The notes beneath the pieces were generated by a model that saw nothing but the letters and a program-made list of their open reading frames with translations, made no database searches and was not told where the DNA came from. From IMG/VR virus record IMGVR_UViG_3300048573_000442: 64,000 nucleotides of DNA; one strand, written 5' to 3'. Of this stretch, positions 1 to 9,468 are shown in pieces. This stretch comes from a virus. The translations under genes were made by a program, and so were the position numbers. The stretch's first letter is position 1. Every line of letters starts with the position of its first letter.

Positions 1-857
1 TGAAATAGGCGCAAATAGTCAAGGTGCGATTTACCGGTCATTTTGATAACAGGCTCTTCTGTCCCGAACTTGTTTGCCATTTCCTTTTTAGGAAGTGGGG
101 CGCCAGGATACTCTAATTTAGCAACAAGTGATTCTCCGCCCATCAGCATTAGTCGTTCATAGATATACGGAAGATCATAGAACTCTGAGTTCCATCCGCA
201 CAAAATATCTGCTTCATTGCATGCAGCAATCATGCGCATAATAAGAGTTGCTTCACTATCGCACAAAACAAATTCAGGCCTGATTCCGGGCCTGAGTAAA
301 CCATTCTTTATGAGGCGGTCGTATTCTACATAGAAGTCATCTACTGTACCGGTAAAATTATCAGGGGGAACTGCGTAAGTTAAAAACTTTTCTGTCCAAG
401 ACTGATAGATTGTTACTGCATTGATAATCGCATATGCATTCGTTGGAGCAGGAAACCCGCCCTCACGGGTATAGTTGGTTTCAATGTCGATTAGCGCATA
501 ATTAACATTCGGGGCTGGAACCCCATAGTAATTTTCCATTAGCACCCGTTTAAGTGGGGCTATATCAGTTTCAAATAGCTTTGGCAGCGCACCATCGAAG
601 TTCTGCGGATTGCGCATGTATTCGAGCGCAGCTTTGAATTCTGAACGAGTTGCAAACTCGGCCTTTGAAACCTTATTATCGAAGATTGTTACGAACTCCC
701 CATCAGGGTCTTCATAATAAAAATAATATGGCGAATTGTAAACAACTCGTTTCGCGTGACCTTCGCTAGTTCGTTCGAGAACCACGACTTTGTCTTGATT
801 AGGGCCCCGACCCCAATCAACCCACGCGGCAACGTAATTAGATTTAGGGGAACTCAT
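1..857 (-). CDS. 43: Family B DNA polymerase, N-terminal and 3'-5' exonuclease part (runs off the left edge; absent from the ORF track)
   Basis: Manual translation from ATG at 857: MSSPKSNYVAAWVDW...ALIDIETNY (ExoI)...LCGWNSEFYDLPYIYER (ExoII)...HLDYLRLF; frame open to position 1. Confidence 0.92.
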   Translation of the reverse strand, partial: MSSPKSNYVAAWVDWGRGPNQDKVVVLERTSEGHAKRVVYNSPYYFYYEDPDGEFVTIFDNKVSKAEFATRSEFKAALEYMRNPQNFDGALPKLFETDIAPLKRVLMENYYGVPAPNVNYALIDIETNYTREGGFPAPTNAYAIINAVTIYQSWTEKFLTYAVPPDNFTGTVDDFYVEYDRLIKNGLLRPGIRPEFVLCDSEATLIMRMIAACNEADILCGWNSEFYDLPYIYERLMLMGGESLVAKLEYPGAPLPKKEMANKFGTEEPVIKMTGKSHLDYLRLF

Positions 858-859
858 TT

Positions 860-1180
860 TTAAGGGTTATTGGTTTGCATCAAGGCGCTAATAGCTTCTT
901 CAAGTTTTTCAAGCTCTGCCCGCTTTTCTTCGAAGTTGTTATTAAAGAATAATGATACCAATTGATTAAACATCTTTGGTTCAATGCATAGTTCATCAAC
1001 TGCTGCATCACGAAGCACCTTAATCGATTCCTGTTCGTCAAGAATCTTTGTTTTGCATCGAATGCTTTCGTCGATATAGTTCTGTAGTTTTGTTCGAAGG
1101 CCTTGATCCTTCAAAATCGTGGAAACTTCAATGTATTGTTTTTTGCCAACAGCGAGTGCATTTTTCATATTTTTCTCCAA
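860..1180 (-). CDS. dsbA: DsbA-like dsDNA-binding protein / late transcription factor
   Basis: 106 aa; IKVLRDAAVDELCIEPKMFNQLVSLFF resembles the T4 DsbA core as recalled (IKDIRIRAKDELGVDGKMFNRLLALYH). Confidence 0.7.
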   Translation of the reverse strand: MEKNMKNALAVGKKQYIEVSTILKDQGLRTKLQNYIDESIRCKTKILDEQESIKVLRDAAVDELCIEPKMFNQLVSLFFNNNFEEKRAELEKLEEAISALMQTNNP

Positions 1181-1250
1181 GGGGTAAATGAGTAAATTCG
1201 ACTGAAGCCGAAGTTATATTGTAACGTAAAAGCGAGGAACTGAAAATATC

Positions 1251-1670
1251 TTACGTATTGATACGTTCGATTTCATCTGGTGAAAGATCTGTCACATTTT
1301 TATCGCATACCGTGTACGCTTCGAAAAGCTTAACAAGTTCGCCTTTTTTAAAGGCTGCTACATCCACAGCGATTGAAATTGTCGCTATTTGTTCTGTCCA
1401 TTCCAAGTCATCGGTATCAAAGGGGGATTCGTTTGTTGTAATAGCCGGGTTTACAATTTTAAAGACTGCAGCATTTTTTCGAGCTTTTGCAGTTGGGAGC
1501 CGGCTAAATAATTCTTTGGCCAAATTATTAAGCTTGCGGTCGCACTCAACGTAGCTGTCAAATGCCTTTGAATCTAGAACCAAAGCCTGTGTATCCAGAC
1601 TTAAAAAATTCTGTGGAAGGAAAAGCTTTGCCTCTTCTATTTCAAGTCTGTATTGATAAAGAGTCGTCAT
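1251..1670 (-). CDS. Hypothetical protein
   Basis: 139-aa ORF packed in the minus-strand operon. Confidence 0.6.
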   Translation of the reverse strand: MTTLYQYRLEIEEAKLFLPQNFLSLDTQALVLDSKAFDSYVECDRKLNNLAKELFSRLPTAKARKNAAVFKIVNPAITTNESPFDTDDLEWTEQIATISIAVDVAAFKKGELVKLFEAYTVCDKNVTDLSPDEIERINT

Positions 1671-1671
1671 T

Positions 1672-2202
1672 TTAGTGTACGGTAATATGAGTTTTTAGAG
1701 ATGACCTGTCAATAGTTTCGTGTCTAGCTAATTGCTCTGTTCCTAAAAACCACATGTATTTGTCAATATCAGCTTGGATCTTGCCCACGATGGAAAAGTT
1801 ATATGACCAATAAGTATGCCTAGATTGGATAAAATCCCCGTCGTCATCAAATGATCTAGACAGCAAGATTGGGATCTTGCCTTCTTCTGCATATTGATCT
1901 GACATTAAGTCAATGTCGGCTTGAGCGGTCGCTTTTTCTTCAGAATTATCTACAGCTCCACCTGGATAGAACCTCCCATTGTACTCTATTGATTTGGTAA
2001 CATGCCCTGTTTCAACATTCAAACCCGTTAAAACTTCGTCCATTACGCGGTTCATTTCATGAGTTGCTTCTATATCAGAATCATACTCATCTGAGACTAT
2101 CGAAATATTATGCAACCCAAAATCACCAGCAAAAAATGACCTAACTATTTCACCAGAGAATTCTATTTCGTAAGCACAAGGAATAACCTGGTCGGCAATC
2201 AT
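1672..2202 (-). CDS. Hypothetical protein, possibly virion structural
   Basis: 176-aa acidic ORF overlapping the upstream gene's stop. Confidence 0.5.
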   Translation of the reverse strand: MIADQVIPCAYEIEFSGEIVRSFFAGDFGLHNISIVSDEYDSDIEATHEMNRVMDEVLTGLNVETGHVTKSIEYNGRFYPGGAVDNSEEKATAQADIDLMSDQYAEEGKIPILLSRSFDDDGDFIQSRHTYWSYNFSIVGKIQADIDKYMWFLGTEQLARHETIDRSSLKTHITVH

Positions 2203-3368
2203 ACTTCTCCTATTAAAAAATTACTCTGCGGCAAATTCTGCTCAATGGTTTCAGCAATCAAAACGCCCTTATCAGAATAGACAATATTTGGTGTGCTTAG
2301 CGCAGCGTTGGGGCCATTATAATACACTTTTATTGCCGGGAAAACACTTGCGACCAATTTTGCAGTTATCGTGAAATCCCTAATCGACCGATTACTGGTA
2401 AGCATTTGAAAGGATTCATTTGCGCTGGTGGCCGGTAAAGTTCCCCATATAAAACGATCAAAATGGGAAAAAGGCTTCTTTGAAAAAAGAAACTCTGTGT
2501 TTTCCAATTGAACAGCTGTAGTCGTAGGGTTATTTGTTTCAATGCGAACTATATCGACCAACCGGGCATAAGATGAGGGCAACATACTAGCAGTCGAAGT
2601 CGCCGTGAACAGCCAGTATTTTGTTTCGGCTTTTGTTACTTTATCAGGCAGAAATACCCATTTCACATTTCCCCAAGCCCCCGCTAAGCTGTTAACAGAT
2701 AGCTTCCAGTTAGGAACAAATTGCAAAGTTCGTTCTTCGACTTCTTTTTCAAAGTAGACAAAAATGTCAACAGTGCTGCCCAAAGTAATTGCTGTAGTAA
2801 ATTGAACAGACGCATTTTGCCCGGGGGTAACAGTAAAATCTTCACGTGTAACTCCGTTGACCTTGATGCGAATTCTGCCATCAGTTACCGCAGCAGAGTC
2901 AATCCTAAGATTTCTCCCACGATTATCCTTACCGCTAATAGTATTAGTTGATGCTGATGCCATAAATGTAAACTGTGCAAACTTGACGCTTTCAGTTCTG
3001 CGTTGTTCAAATTTGACGTTTAGGCTTTCGGCATTTAAAGCTTCAGCATCACTCATTTTTACTGCAAGAGTCAGCGCCCCATTAGAGGAGACTGACATGA
3101 GCGCAATCGGTTCGGAAGTTACAGATGTGATAGTAGATGTATTTTGGCCCCTAGCGACCCAATCAGATTGAGAATCTTGAACATTTTTACCCTGAGTATC
3201 TAAAAGGTTTAATGACCCTGTACAGCCTAGTGTAATAGTGCAGGAATTAGGAACTGCACGAATCGGGTCATTTTGAATGTTTTTAATCTTGTTACAAACC
3301 GTACATTTATAAGCGCGTGTGGTATTCATAGTTAAATTAGTACAGCGCAGAACAGGGAGCGCATTCAC
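2199..3368 (-). CDS. Probable virion structural protein
   Basis: 389 aa, Thr/Ser/beta-rich; N-terminal Cys cluster (CTVCNK...CTITLGC). Confidence 0.45.
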   Translation of the reverse strand: MNALPVLRCTNLTMNTTRAYKCTVCNKIKNIQNDPIRAVPNSCTITLGCTGSLNLLDTQGKNVQDSQSDWVARGQNTSTITSVTSEPIALMSVSSNGALTLAVKMSDAEALNAESLNVKFEQRRTESVKFAQFTFMASASTNTISGKDNRGRNLRIDSAAVTDGRIRIKVNGVTREDFTVTPGQNASVQFTTAITLGSTVDIFVYFEKEVEERTLQFVPNWKLSVNSLAGAWGNVKWVFLPDKVTKAETKYWLFTATSTASMLPSSYARLVDIVRIETNNPTTTAVQLENTEFLFSKKPFSHFDRFIWGTLPATSANESFQMLTSNRSIRDFTITAKLVASVFPAIKVYYNGPNAALSTPNIVYSDKGVLIAETIEQNLPQSNFLIGEV

Positions 3369-3400
3369 CCAAGACGTTACAAAATACGGCTCAAGGCTAT

Positions 3401-3589
3401 TTATCCATTAGAAACAATAAACAGCTCATCATGTTTAACCCATTTTTTCCATCCGTCAGATTCTCCGGCAGGCGTAATTTCCACAAGCACATTATCCCTA
3501 ATTTTTCCATTAAGGGTCTTAATCTGCTGTGTTGCCTGTCTACCGGTTTTTCTAACTTCCTGGCCATCATGCACGAATGTTTCAGCCAT
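3401..3589 (-). CDS. Small hypothetical protein
   Basis: 62-aa ORF coupled to neighbours. Confidence 0.55.
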   Translation of the reverse strand: MAETFVHDGQEVRKTGRQATQQIKTLNGKIRDNVLVEITPAGESDGWKKWVKHDELFIVSNG

Positions 3590-4208
3590 TTAGCGCCTCA
3601 TCGGTAATTGCGCGAATGATCCTACACGCTTCAACAGTCTGCAGTGCATCCTGTAAAGCATTATGGGAACCACGCTCGGCGAACCCGAGTTTATCAAACA
3701 GCAAGTCTGATTTGTGAACGCCAAAATTGATAAACCCTACAGAACTAGTATCTAGCACCACGTGATGTAGTTGAATCCATCCATTACGCTTTGTTACGGC
3801 CTGAATAGAGAACTCGATATCAATTTCTTCGAATAATTGATTCGTAAACAAAATATCAAAGGACGCATTATGGCCGAGGAACATGACTTTTGATGTCGGG
3901 CCCCAATATTTCAGGATGAGTTCTGCTAAATCAACTGCAGCTTCTTCACGTGTTACTCCATTAACTTCAAGATGTTCCCTGGAAAGCCCATGAATTGCCT
4001 GTGCTTCATCGCTCCATTTCCAACGAGTTGAGTCGAATTTGATTTCTCGATATAGTGTTTCAACTACTGAAAAATCAGCAAGCTTAAACACTACTGCGCC
4101 AACTGAAAGACCTTGATGGAGGATAGAGCTATCACCGTTCCATGTAGAACCCGAAGTTTCCCAATCTATACAAAGCCCGAAAGTTTGATTTAATTGTCTA
4201 GTTTTCAT
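3582..4208 (-). CDS. DEDDh 3'-5' exonuclease (DnaQ/RNase T-like)
   Basis: Motifs CIDWETSG, GHNASFD, HNALQDA. Confidence 0.88.
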   Translation of the reverse strand: MKTRQLNQTFGLCIDWETSGSTWNGDSSILHQGLSVGAVVFKLADFSVVETLYREIKFDSTRWKWSDEAQAIHGLSREHLEVNGVTREEAAVDLAELILKYWGPTSKVMFLGHNASFDILFTNQLFEEIDIEFSIQAVTKRNGWIQLHHVVLDTSSVGFINFGVHKSDLLFDKLGFAERGSHNALQDALQTVEACRIIRAITDEALNG

Positions 4209-4776
4209 AATTTTTCAAAAAGCTGCAAATTTCTTTTGCACGTTCTTCTTTACTAACTCCTTTGATTTCGTATTGTTTTGAACCATGTTCCCGAATAAAT
4301 TCCCTAATAAGACTGTCGACTTCATCACGGCTTTCAAAATCCGCCCGATGTGGATCTTTAACAAATGGGATTTCCTTTGCCTGCGGGACCACAACAATGC
4401 AAGAGTACGCTTTTGCCATAAGCTTAAGTGTATTGTAATACTCTTGAGCCCAAGAATCAGTTTCAACCAAGACTTTATTTCTTGCACACCAGATACTAGT
4501 ATAGGCCCACACGTCTGCAGGTGTTCTTTCGACTAATACAATTTCGTTCGACTCGAAATGTTTCATATCTCGTTGGTGCATGGCAGATGCAATTGAAGTT
4601 TGCAACTCCATCATGTTTTTGACAGATTCTTGGGCTCGAGACAGGCTACCCCACCCAAGCTTTTTCTGTGCAGCTCTTGAGAGACTAACGTCTTCTACTA
4701 TAAATCCTGCTGCTTTAGCAGCCTGAAGGATGGTAGATTTGCCAGTGCCCTGTGTTCCAGATAGCCCAATAATCAT
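4198..4776 (-). CDS. P-loop nucleotide kinase-like protein (AAA_28/NadR type)
   Basis: N-terminal Walker A GTQGTGKS; LVERTPAD motif. Confidence 0.75.
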   Translation of the reverse strand: MIIGLSGTQGTGKSTILQAAKAAGFIVEDVSLSRAAQKKLGWGSLSRAQESVKNMMELQTSIASAMHQRDMKHFESNEIVLVERTPADVWAYTSIWCARNKVLVETDSWAQEYYNTLKLMAKAYSCIVVVPQAKEIPFVKDPHRADFESRDEVDSLIREFIREHGSKQYEIKGVSKEERAKEICSFLKNYEN

Positions 4777-5240
4777 GATGCTAGTCTGGATGAAGTCACT
4801 AACTTGATAATGTTGTAAGTCGCATCACCGGGTCCGGTCACAATTGCTGGTTCAACCTTGAACGCATCTTGGAAAATGTAGTTCATGCCATCTGATGCCA
4901 ACTTTGCGCCAAAAATGTACTCTGGGAGAATTACTACAGTGCAAGTATGAAGGCGCTCCAATGAATCTTTATCTTCACAGAATGTTTCAAACGGAAAGCC
5001 AGCATCAAAAATAATGTCGGTCGATTGCGTAAGAGATTTTGAATTACCACCATCCAAAACAATAAACGTTTTATGATCTTTGGCCCAATCATAAACCATG
5101 GTTTTTTGAAAATCCGAATTGTCATTGCCGACACGTCCAGAATATTTCAACATTAAATCGACTGCAGCATGACCGGTTTGGATGCCTTTTTGCATAGGCG
5201 ACAAATAAAAATTTACAAAACTATAAAGACGAAGTTCCAT
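4773..5240 (-). CDS. Peptidyl-tRNA hydrolase 2 (Pth2)-like protein
   Basis: LYSFVNFYLSPMQKGIQTGHAA and HKTFIVLDGG match the Pth2 signature (GK-x-aAQ-xxHA...K-IVL). Confidence 0.55.
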   Translation of the reverse strand: MELRLYSFVNFYLSPMQKGIQTGHAAVDLMLKYSGRVGNDNSDFQKTMVYDWAKDHKTFIVLDGGNSKSLTQSTDIIFDAGFPFETFCEDKDSLERLHTCTVVILPEYIFGAKLASDGMNYIFQDAFKVEPAIVTGPGDATYNIIKLVTSSRLAS

Positions 5241-5608
5241 TATTTTGATCCTTGTTGACTAAGAAACATAATATCTGCGACAAGCTCGCAAGATAAACAA
5301 ATTTCGTGCGGTTGACTATCAATTGTCAGCAAAATGCTTTTTATAGCTTTCTCAATTTGGAACTCAGACCGGTAAGAAGGAGTAATTGAGAAATAAGTAA
5401 AGGCGAAAGATGGAAATGCCTTTAGAAACCAGAAGAGGTTCTCCTTTTTCCACTTCTTTTTGACTTGGCGATATTCCTCATCTTCTTTATCTCGAACATG
5501 TGTACGCCGTGTTAACTCCTTAAGCGCGTTAACGCACTTATTTCGAAGCTCTTGGAAGTTGTGATCTTCTGCGCTTTTAAAAACGCAAAAATTTTCATCA
5601 AATTTCAT
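5240..5608 (-). CDS. Hypothetical protein
   Basis: 122-aa coupled ORF. Confidence 0.55.
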   Translation of the reverse strand: MKFDENFCVFKSAEDHNFQELRNKCVNALKELTRRTHVRDKEDEEYRQVKKKWKKENLFWFLKAFPSFAFTYFSITPSYRSEFQIEKAIKSILLTIDSQPHEICLSCELVADIMFLSQQGSK

Positions 5609-6666
5609 TATTTTTCATCCTGTAAAAATTTGTTAGAAATAACTTTAAAACTGAACTTGCCATCTACACGTTTAAAAACTAGGCCTTCTCGAACTGCGTT
5701 GACAATACTCTTGCCTTCAGCAAATTTAAGAAGCTCCTGAGCGCCATTGATGTCAAAAGTATTGTGCAGATTTGCAGAATATGAAATGATTGGGGCATGG
5801 AAAACAAGTTTTTTATTGACAAACGGCAATAACTTGTTAACAAACTCTAATCTTTCTAGCGGCGCCAAGTAACGCTGTTCATCAATCATAAACACGTCAA
5901 AGATGAAAAACTTGTACGTGCTAAAAGATTCCCGATTGCCCCGAATTGACGGCCCCATAATTTCGCCTTGAACGGCGATATTGCCAAAATTTGATAAAGC
6001 TGTCTGTAATTGGCTATTAATCAGCATTTTTACGTAGACATTTTCTGCATTTTCACCACAGATTTTCAAATCAAGATTTCGGCTGCATGCGCCGATATAC
6101 CCGCTGTCATGATAAAATGTTGCACTGGTGCCATCAAGTTTGATTGTAACCTCATATTCTGAATCAATGTTATCTACGAATATTTCTTCGACAATATTTT
6201 GACAACGCTCCTGACAAGTTTTAGGAATTTTGCTTGGGAAGTTTCCGCGAATAATGCCTGCAAATTTTGCTGGCAACGTAGGTTCCCACTTTTTGATGCC
6301 CAACATTTCAGCTACATCTCGCCGCTCCCCACTTTCTAATAGGCCTGAAATAGCGTTAAGTTCTGGAAACAATGAAAGCGGTAAAGCCAACCCTTGCGAC
6401 AGAACCCGACGCAATTTAACTGTGCGTAGGCGAACGCCGCGTATCCCTTCAAATTCACGAATATTATCCTTCATGAGAAATGAATACCGTGCATCTGCCT
6501 CTGGCAACCAACAATCAATTTCAAAGTATACGCAATGATCGCCAACAGAAAATTCGCCGCGTTTCACGATAACTTTCCATCCGCCGATTGTTGCAACTTC
6601 GATTACATCTGCGCCAGGAATTGGGTCAAGCGCATCAATTTTGCGCAATGTTACAAGCTTTCTCAT
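5608..6666 (-). CDS. RNA ligase, DRB0094/Rnl5 family
   Basis: N-terminal OB-like RKLVTLRKI..IPGADVIEVATIGGW; motif I KLDGTS; VQGEIMG; REGLVFK; FKVIS. Confidence 0.9.
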   Translation of the reverse strand: MRKLVTLRKIDALDPIPGADVIEVATIGGWKVIVKRGEFSVGDHCVYFEIDCWLPEADARYSFLMKDNIREFEGIRGVRLRTVKLRRVLSQGLALPLSLFPELNAISGLLESGERRDVAEMLGIKKWEPTLPAKFAGIIRGNFPSKIPKTCQERCQNIVEEIFVDNIDSEYEVTIKLDGTSATFYHDSGYIGACSRNLDLKICGENAENVYVKMLINSQLQTALSNFGNIAVQGEIMGPSIRGNRESFSTYKFFIFDVFMIDEQRYLAPLERLEFVNKLLPFVNKKLVFHAPIISYSANLHNTFDINGAQELLKFAEGKSIVNAVREGLVFKRVDGKFSFKVISNKFLQDEK

Positions 6667-6667
6667 T

Positions 6668-6877
6668 TCAATCCTTTTTAAAAGGAGAACCTTTAAACGG
6701 TTTCAATCCCATTTGTTGGCGATAACAGTGCTCGAGGTGGCCCTGCATCTCAAAAAATTGCTTACTGATTTCAGCAAATCGTTCCGACCATTCATCGGGG
6801 AGTTCAATTTCTGCTTCTTCATCTGGAGAAAAAGTGAAACACCACATTTCGTGCAAATCAAATTTTACTTTTGACAT
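6668..6877 (-). CDS. Small hypothetical protein
   Basis: 69-aa coupled ORF. Confidence 0.5.
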   Translation of the reverse strand: MSKVKFDLHEMWCFTFSPDEEAEIELPDEWSERFAEISKQFFEMQGHLEHCYRQQMGLKPFKGSPFKKD

Positions 6878-7194
6878 CAGCCTCTCCGCATTTTAGCGAC
6901 ATCAATTGCCGCTTCATGATTAAAAACAGGAACCAGATTGGATTTATGCATTGTGCAAATTCCAACGATTTTATCTCCGGTGTAAACTTTCGGTTCTGAC
7001 TTTGTTGCCAGACCCATCATTCCTTTGGGATTGCTCTTAGGGCGTTGAATCGAGACATGTTCGGTCTTCGGAGGCTTATAAGCGCTTTTGACCCCCATGC
7101 TTTTAGCACCACGCTCTAGAGGCTTTGAATGGGAAGCCATAAGAACTTCCCATTCTTTTTGCAATTGGGCTTGTTTAGTTGTCATCTTTTTCAT
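6877..7194 (-). CDS. Conserved T4-like phage hypothetical protein
   Basis: C-terminal YTGDKIVGICTMHKSNLVPV...MRR motif, recalled from T4-like phages. Confidence 0.6.
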   Translation of the reverse strand: MKKMTTKQAQLQKEWEVLMASHSKPLERGAKSMGVKSAYKPPKTEHVSIQRPKSNPKGMMGLATKSEPKVYTGDKIVGICTMHKSNLVPVFNHEAAIDVAKMRRG

Positions 7195-7406
7195 AACATG
7201 AATTTTTTAATGATTTCGTCTACTTGTGGAAAACTTTCTTCCTTCATTACTGATTCATCAAGAGCAGCAGCAACAATCATATTATACACCACGTGCCCAT
7301 CATGCCCAAATTTTGATACGATTTGGTGCACTTCTGGTAAAGTTTCTGCTGCCCACATGAGTTCTGCAATATCACGTTGGCGCTTATTGATGAAAATGAT
7401 TTCCAT
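7191..7406 (-). CDS. Small hypothetical protein
   Basis: 71-aa coupled ORF. Confidence 0.5.
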   Translation of the reverse strand: MEIIFINKRQRDIAELMWAAETLPEVHQIVSKFGHDGHVVYNMIVAAALDESVMKEESFPQVDEIIKKFML

Positions 7407-7859
7407 TTATTCTTTCTTTAAAGGGCTTCTATTCCATTTGCTAATGGCATCCTGTTTTGATTTACCTGGCATTACGGCTCCGCAGCCTCCAGAAGTTTCG
7501 ACACAGTAAATTGAGTAACACCAGTTTTCTGCGGGTGCTTCATCGAAATCAACATACTCGGTGGAGTCATCTTCTGTCTGAACCCAAGCGGTTCCGTTCG
7601 GGTACATGGTTTCAATGTTTGCTGTATCTGGCACAGTTCCGCAAAATGGGCAGGGTTTTAAATACGCATAATTCCAGAAGTTGCTGTTTGGCTTCAACGA
7701 CTCTTGCAAAATAAATTCGCAAACCTCAGCTAGCGAACAGTTTTGCTCGACTGCTAGAGTCTCAAGAACTCCGACAAGGTCAGCATCTAGCGTAAGATCA
7801 ATAAACGCTTCAGCGTTGTTCATTTTTGTCTTCAAATAAAAGCTTACATGAAGTAACAC
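7407..7859 (-). CDS. Lar-like (restriction alleviation) zinc-ribbon protein
   Basis: LKPCPFCG...C..TSGGCGA...DAISKWNR. Confidence 0.65.
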   Translation of the reverse strand: MLLHVSFYLKTKMNNAEAFIDLTLDADLVGVLETLAVEQNCSLAEVCEFILQESLKPNSNFWNYAYLKPCPFCGTVPDTANIETMYPNGTAWVQTEDDSTEYVDFDEAPAENWCYSIYCVETSGGCGAVMPGKSKQDAISKWNRSPLKKE

Positions 7860-8010
7860 ATATTAGCACGAGGTTTATCAGTGGGAGCAACGACAAGAAT
7901 AATGCGAAATGTCTTGATTCCTGGTCAATTTTTCTAAACCTTCGGCAATCTGCAATCAATAGATGATAGCATGCATAAGCAGCAAATAAGTGTAATACAA
8001 AAGTATTCAT
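7810..8010 (-). CDS. Small membrane protein
   Basis: 66 aa with two hydrophobic stretches. Confidence 0.45.
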   Translation of the reverse strand: MNTFVLHLFAAYACYHLLIADCRRFRKIDQESRHFALFLSLLPLINLVLICVTSCKLLFEDKNEQR

Positions 8011-8273
8011 TTCTGTTCCATTATAGGCGTTTCAATTTGCGCTAAAATCTTTCTAAGTTGGCTGACCGCTTCACTTAATCCTTCATGCTTGCCAAGTAGA
8101 ACATTTGCCTCCTGATGTGCATGATATTCAGCTTGCCCAAAAATGCCTTTACTAGTCTTAAATTCCCACCCAAGGCATTCATCGGACGCAAGCTTCTGAA
8201 GACATTTAATGTAAGCGTGACTGGATAGCGCGTCAAGTTCGTTGATTGTTTGTTGAATTAATTCTTTGTGCAT
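8007..8273 (-). CDS. Hypothetical protein
   Basis: 88-aa coupled ORF. Confidence 0.5.
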   Translation of the reverse strand: MHKELIQQTINELDALSSHAYIKCLQKLASDECLGWEFKTSKGIFGQAEYHAHQEANVLLGKHEGLSEAVSQLRKILAQIETPIMEQK

Positions 8274-8275
8274 TT

Positions 8276-9415
8276 TTAAACAGGGTCTTTAGGAACCATA
8301 GAAAGTTGACGAAGGCTGAATTCCTGCTTTAGGATATTTTTCTCAAAATAGTCCTTGATTGACAATTCCTTGCCACTCATCAAAGACATAAGCAATCCAA
8401 AATATTTGTGTTCTTTATGCTTAATAGCAAAGTCCTTCTTAAGCAGTGTTTTATCGGCTTCATATACCGAATAAATTGAATTAGTAATATCGATCATGCG
8501 TTCAACCACTCGTTTTTCAATCGCCAAGATTTCATCGATATTCACACCTTCGGCAACAAGCTGAGATTTCAAGTCGTCAATGGTTTCATCAATAACTAGT
8601 TGCGCAACATCACGTTCTCGAAGGAACGTCATTGCTCGGTGCAGCTTTAAGTATTGTTCCGTCTTGACCTTGACCATGTCTCCATTTTCAAACTGGATCA
8701 CCCAGCCTTCAATGCCCTCACGAGTTTTTGCAGCATCAAGCATTCGCTGGTAGTTAAAGGTGATTTTATACCCGTTCCCAATTTGCATGTCGAAAAACTC
8801 ATCAACTTCTTCGACTTTATGAAGGTGAAAAACTGAAGAAAGCTTCTCAATTTCTTCAACCGTGAAGTACCGGCCAGTAACATTGCAGCGGATGTGTAAG
8901 AGGCCAAGCTGAGGCGTGGAGTAGAAAATCACGATTCGCGAATCAGGTGCCATCCATTCGAAAATAGCAGTGATGTTATGGCTGACACAATACTCGCAAA
9001 AGTCCTGATAGTTTTTACGTTCAGAAACCCACTTAGTCGCATCGATGGCAACAGAGGAACTAAAAGCCTTCTTAGACTTCAACTTAAAACCGTCAGCGGT
9101 TTTAACAGTATGGATCATCGATCCATCGGCCTTCAGCATTACCCGAACGACCTTAGACCAGTCGATATTTTCTGCGCGGGTAGAAGGTCGTTCGCCAACG
9201 TTAAAGAATTTATGAAGCGGGCGGCCAGAAACTTGACCGGCTTCATTGAATACAATGCCACGACACTCACGAAGCCAGTCAGTGTCAAAAGTTCCTTCTG
9301 CTGAGATCATGTAGCAGAAGGACTTGGCACCATGGCCAATATCCGCTTCGCGGATTTCTTCCTTATGTGAAGTGTGCGAGCGAAACTCTTCGATGCTGGT
9401 GATAGTTGGGAACAT
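8276..9415 (-). CDS. rnlA: T4 Rnl1-type RNA ligase
   Basis: ECRGIVF, PLHKFFN, motif I KADGSMI, TAIFEW, EGIEGWVI, MVKVKT. Confidence 0.9.
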   Translation of the reverse strand: MFPTITSIEEFRSHTSHKEEIREADIGHGAKSFCYMISAEGTFDTDWLRECRGIVFNEAGQVSGRPLHKFFNVGERPSTRAENIDWSKVVRVMLKADGSMIHTVKTADGFKLKSKKAFSSSVAIDATKWVSERKNYQDFCEYCVSHNITAIFEWMAPDSRIVIFYSTPQLGLLHIRCNVTGRYFTVEEIEKLSSVFHLHKVEEVDEFFDMQIGNGYKITFNYQRMLDAAKTREGIEGWVIQFENGDMVKVKTEQYLKLHRAMTFLRERDVAQLVIDETIDDLKSQLVAEGVNIDEILAIEKRVVERMIDITNSIYSVYEADKTLLKKDFAIKHKEHKYFGLLMSLMSGKELSIKDYFEKNILKQEFSLRQLSMVPKDPV

Positions 9416-9432
9416 GTAAGACTCCTTGTGTT

Positions 9433-9468
9433 TGAAGAATTATAACACAAGAAATCTTACTTTTTAAA
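9433..9468 (-). promoter_or_regulatory. Sigma70-like extended -10 promoter for rnlA
   Basis: Minus strand TTTAAA-18-TGT-TATAAT, followed by AAGGAG RBS before ATG 9415. Confidence 0.6.
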
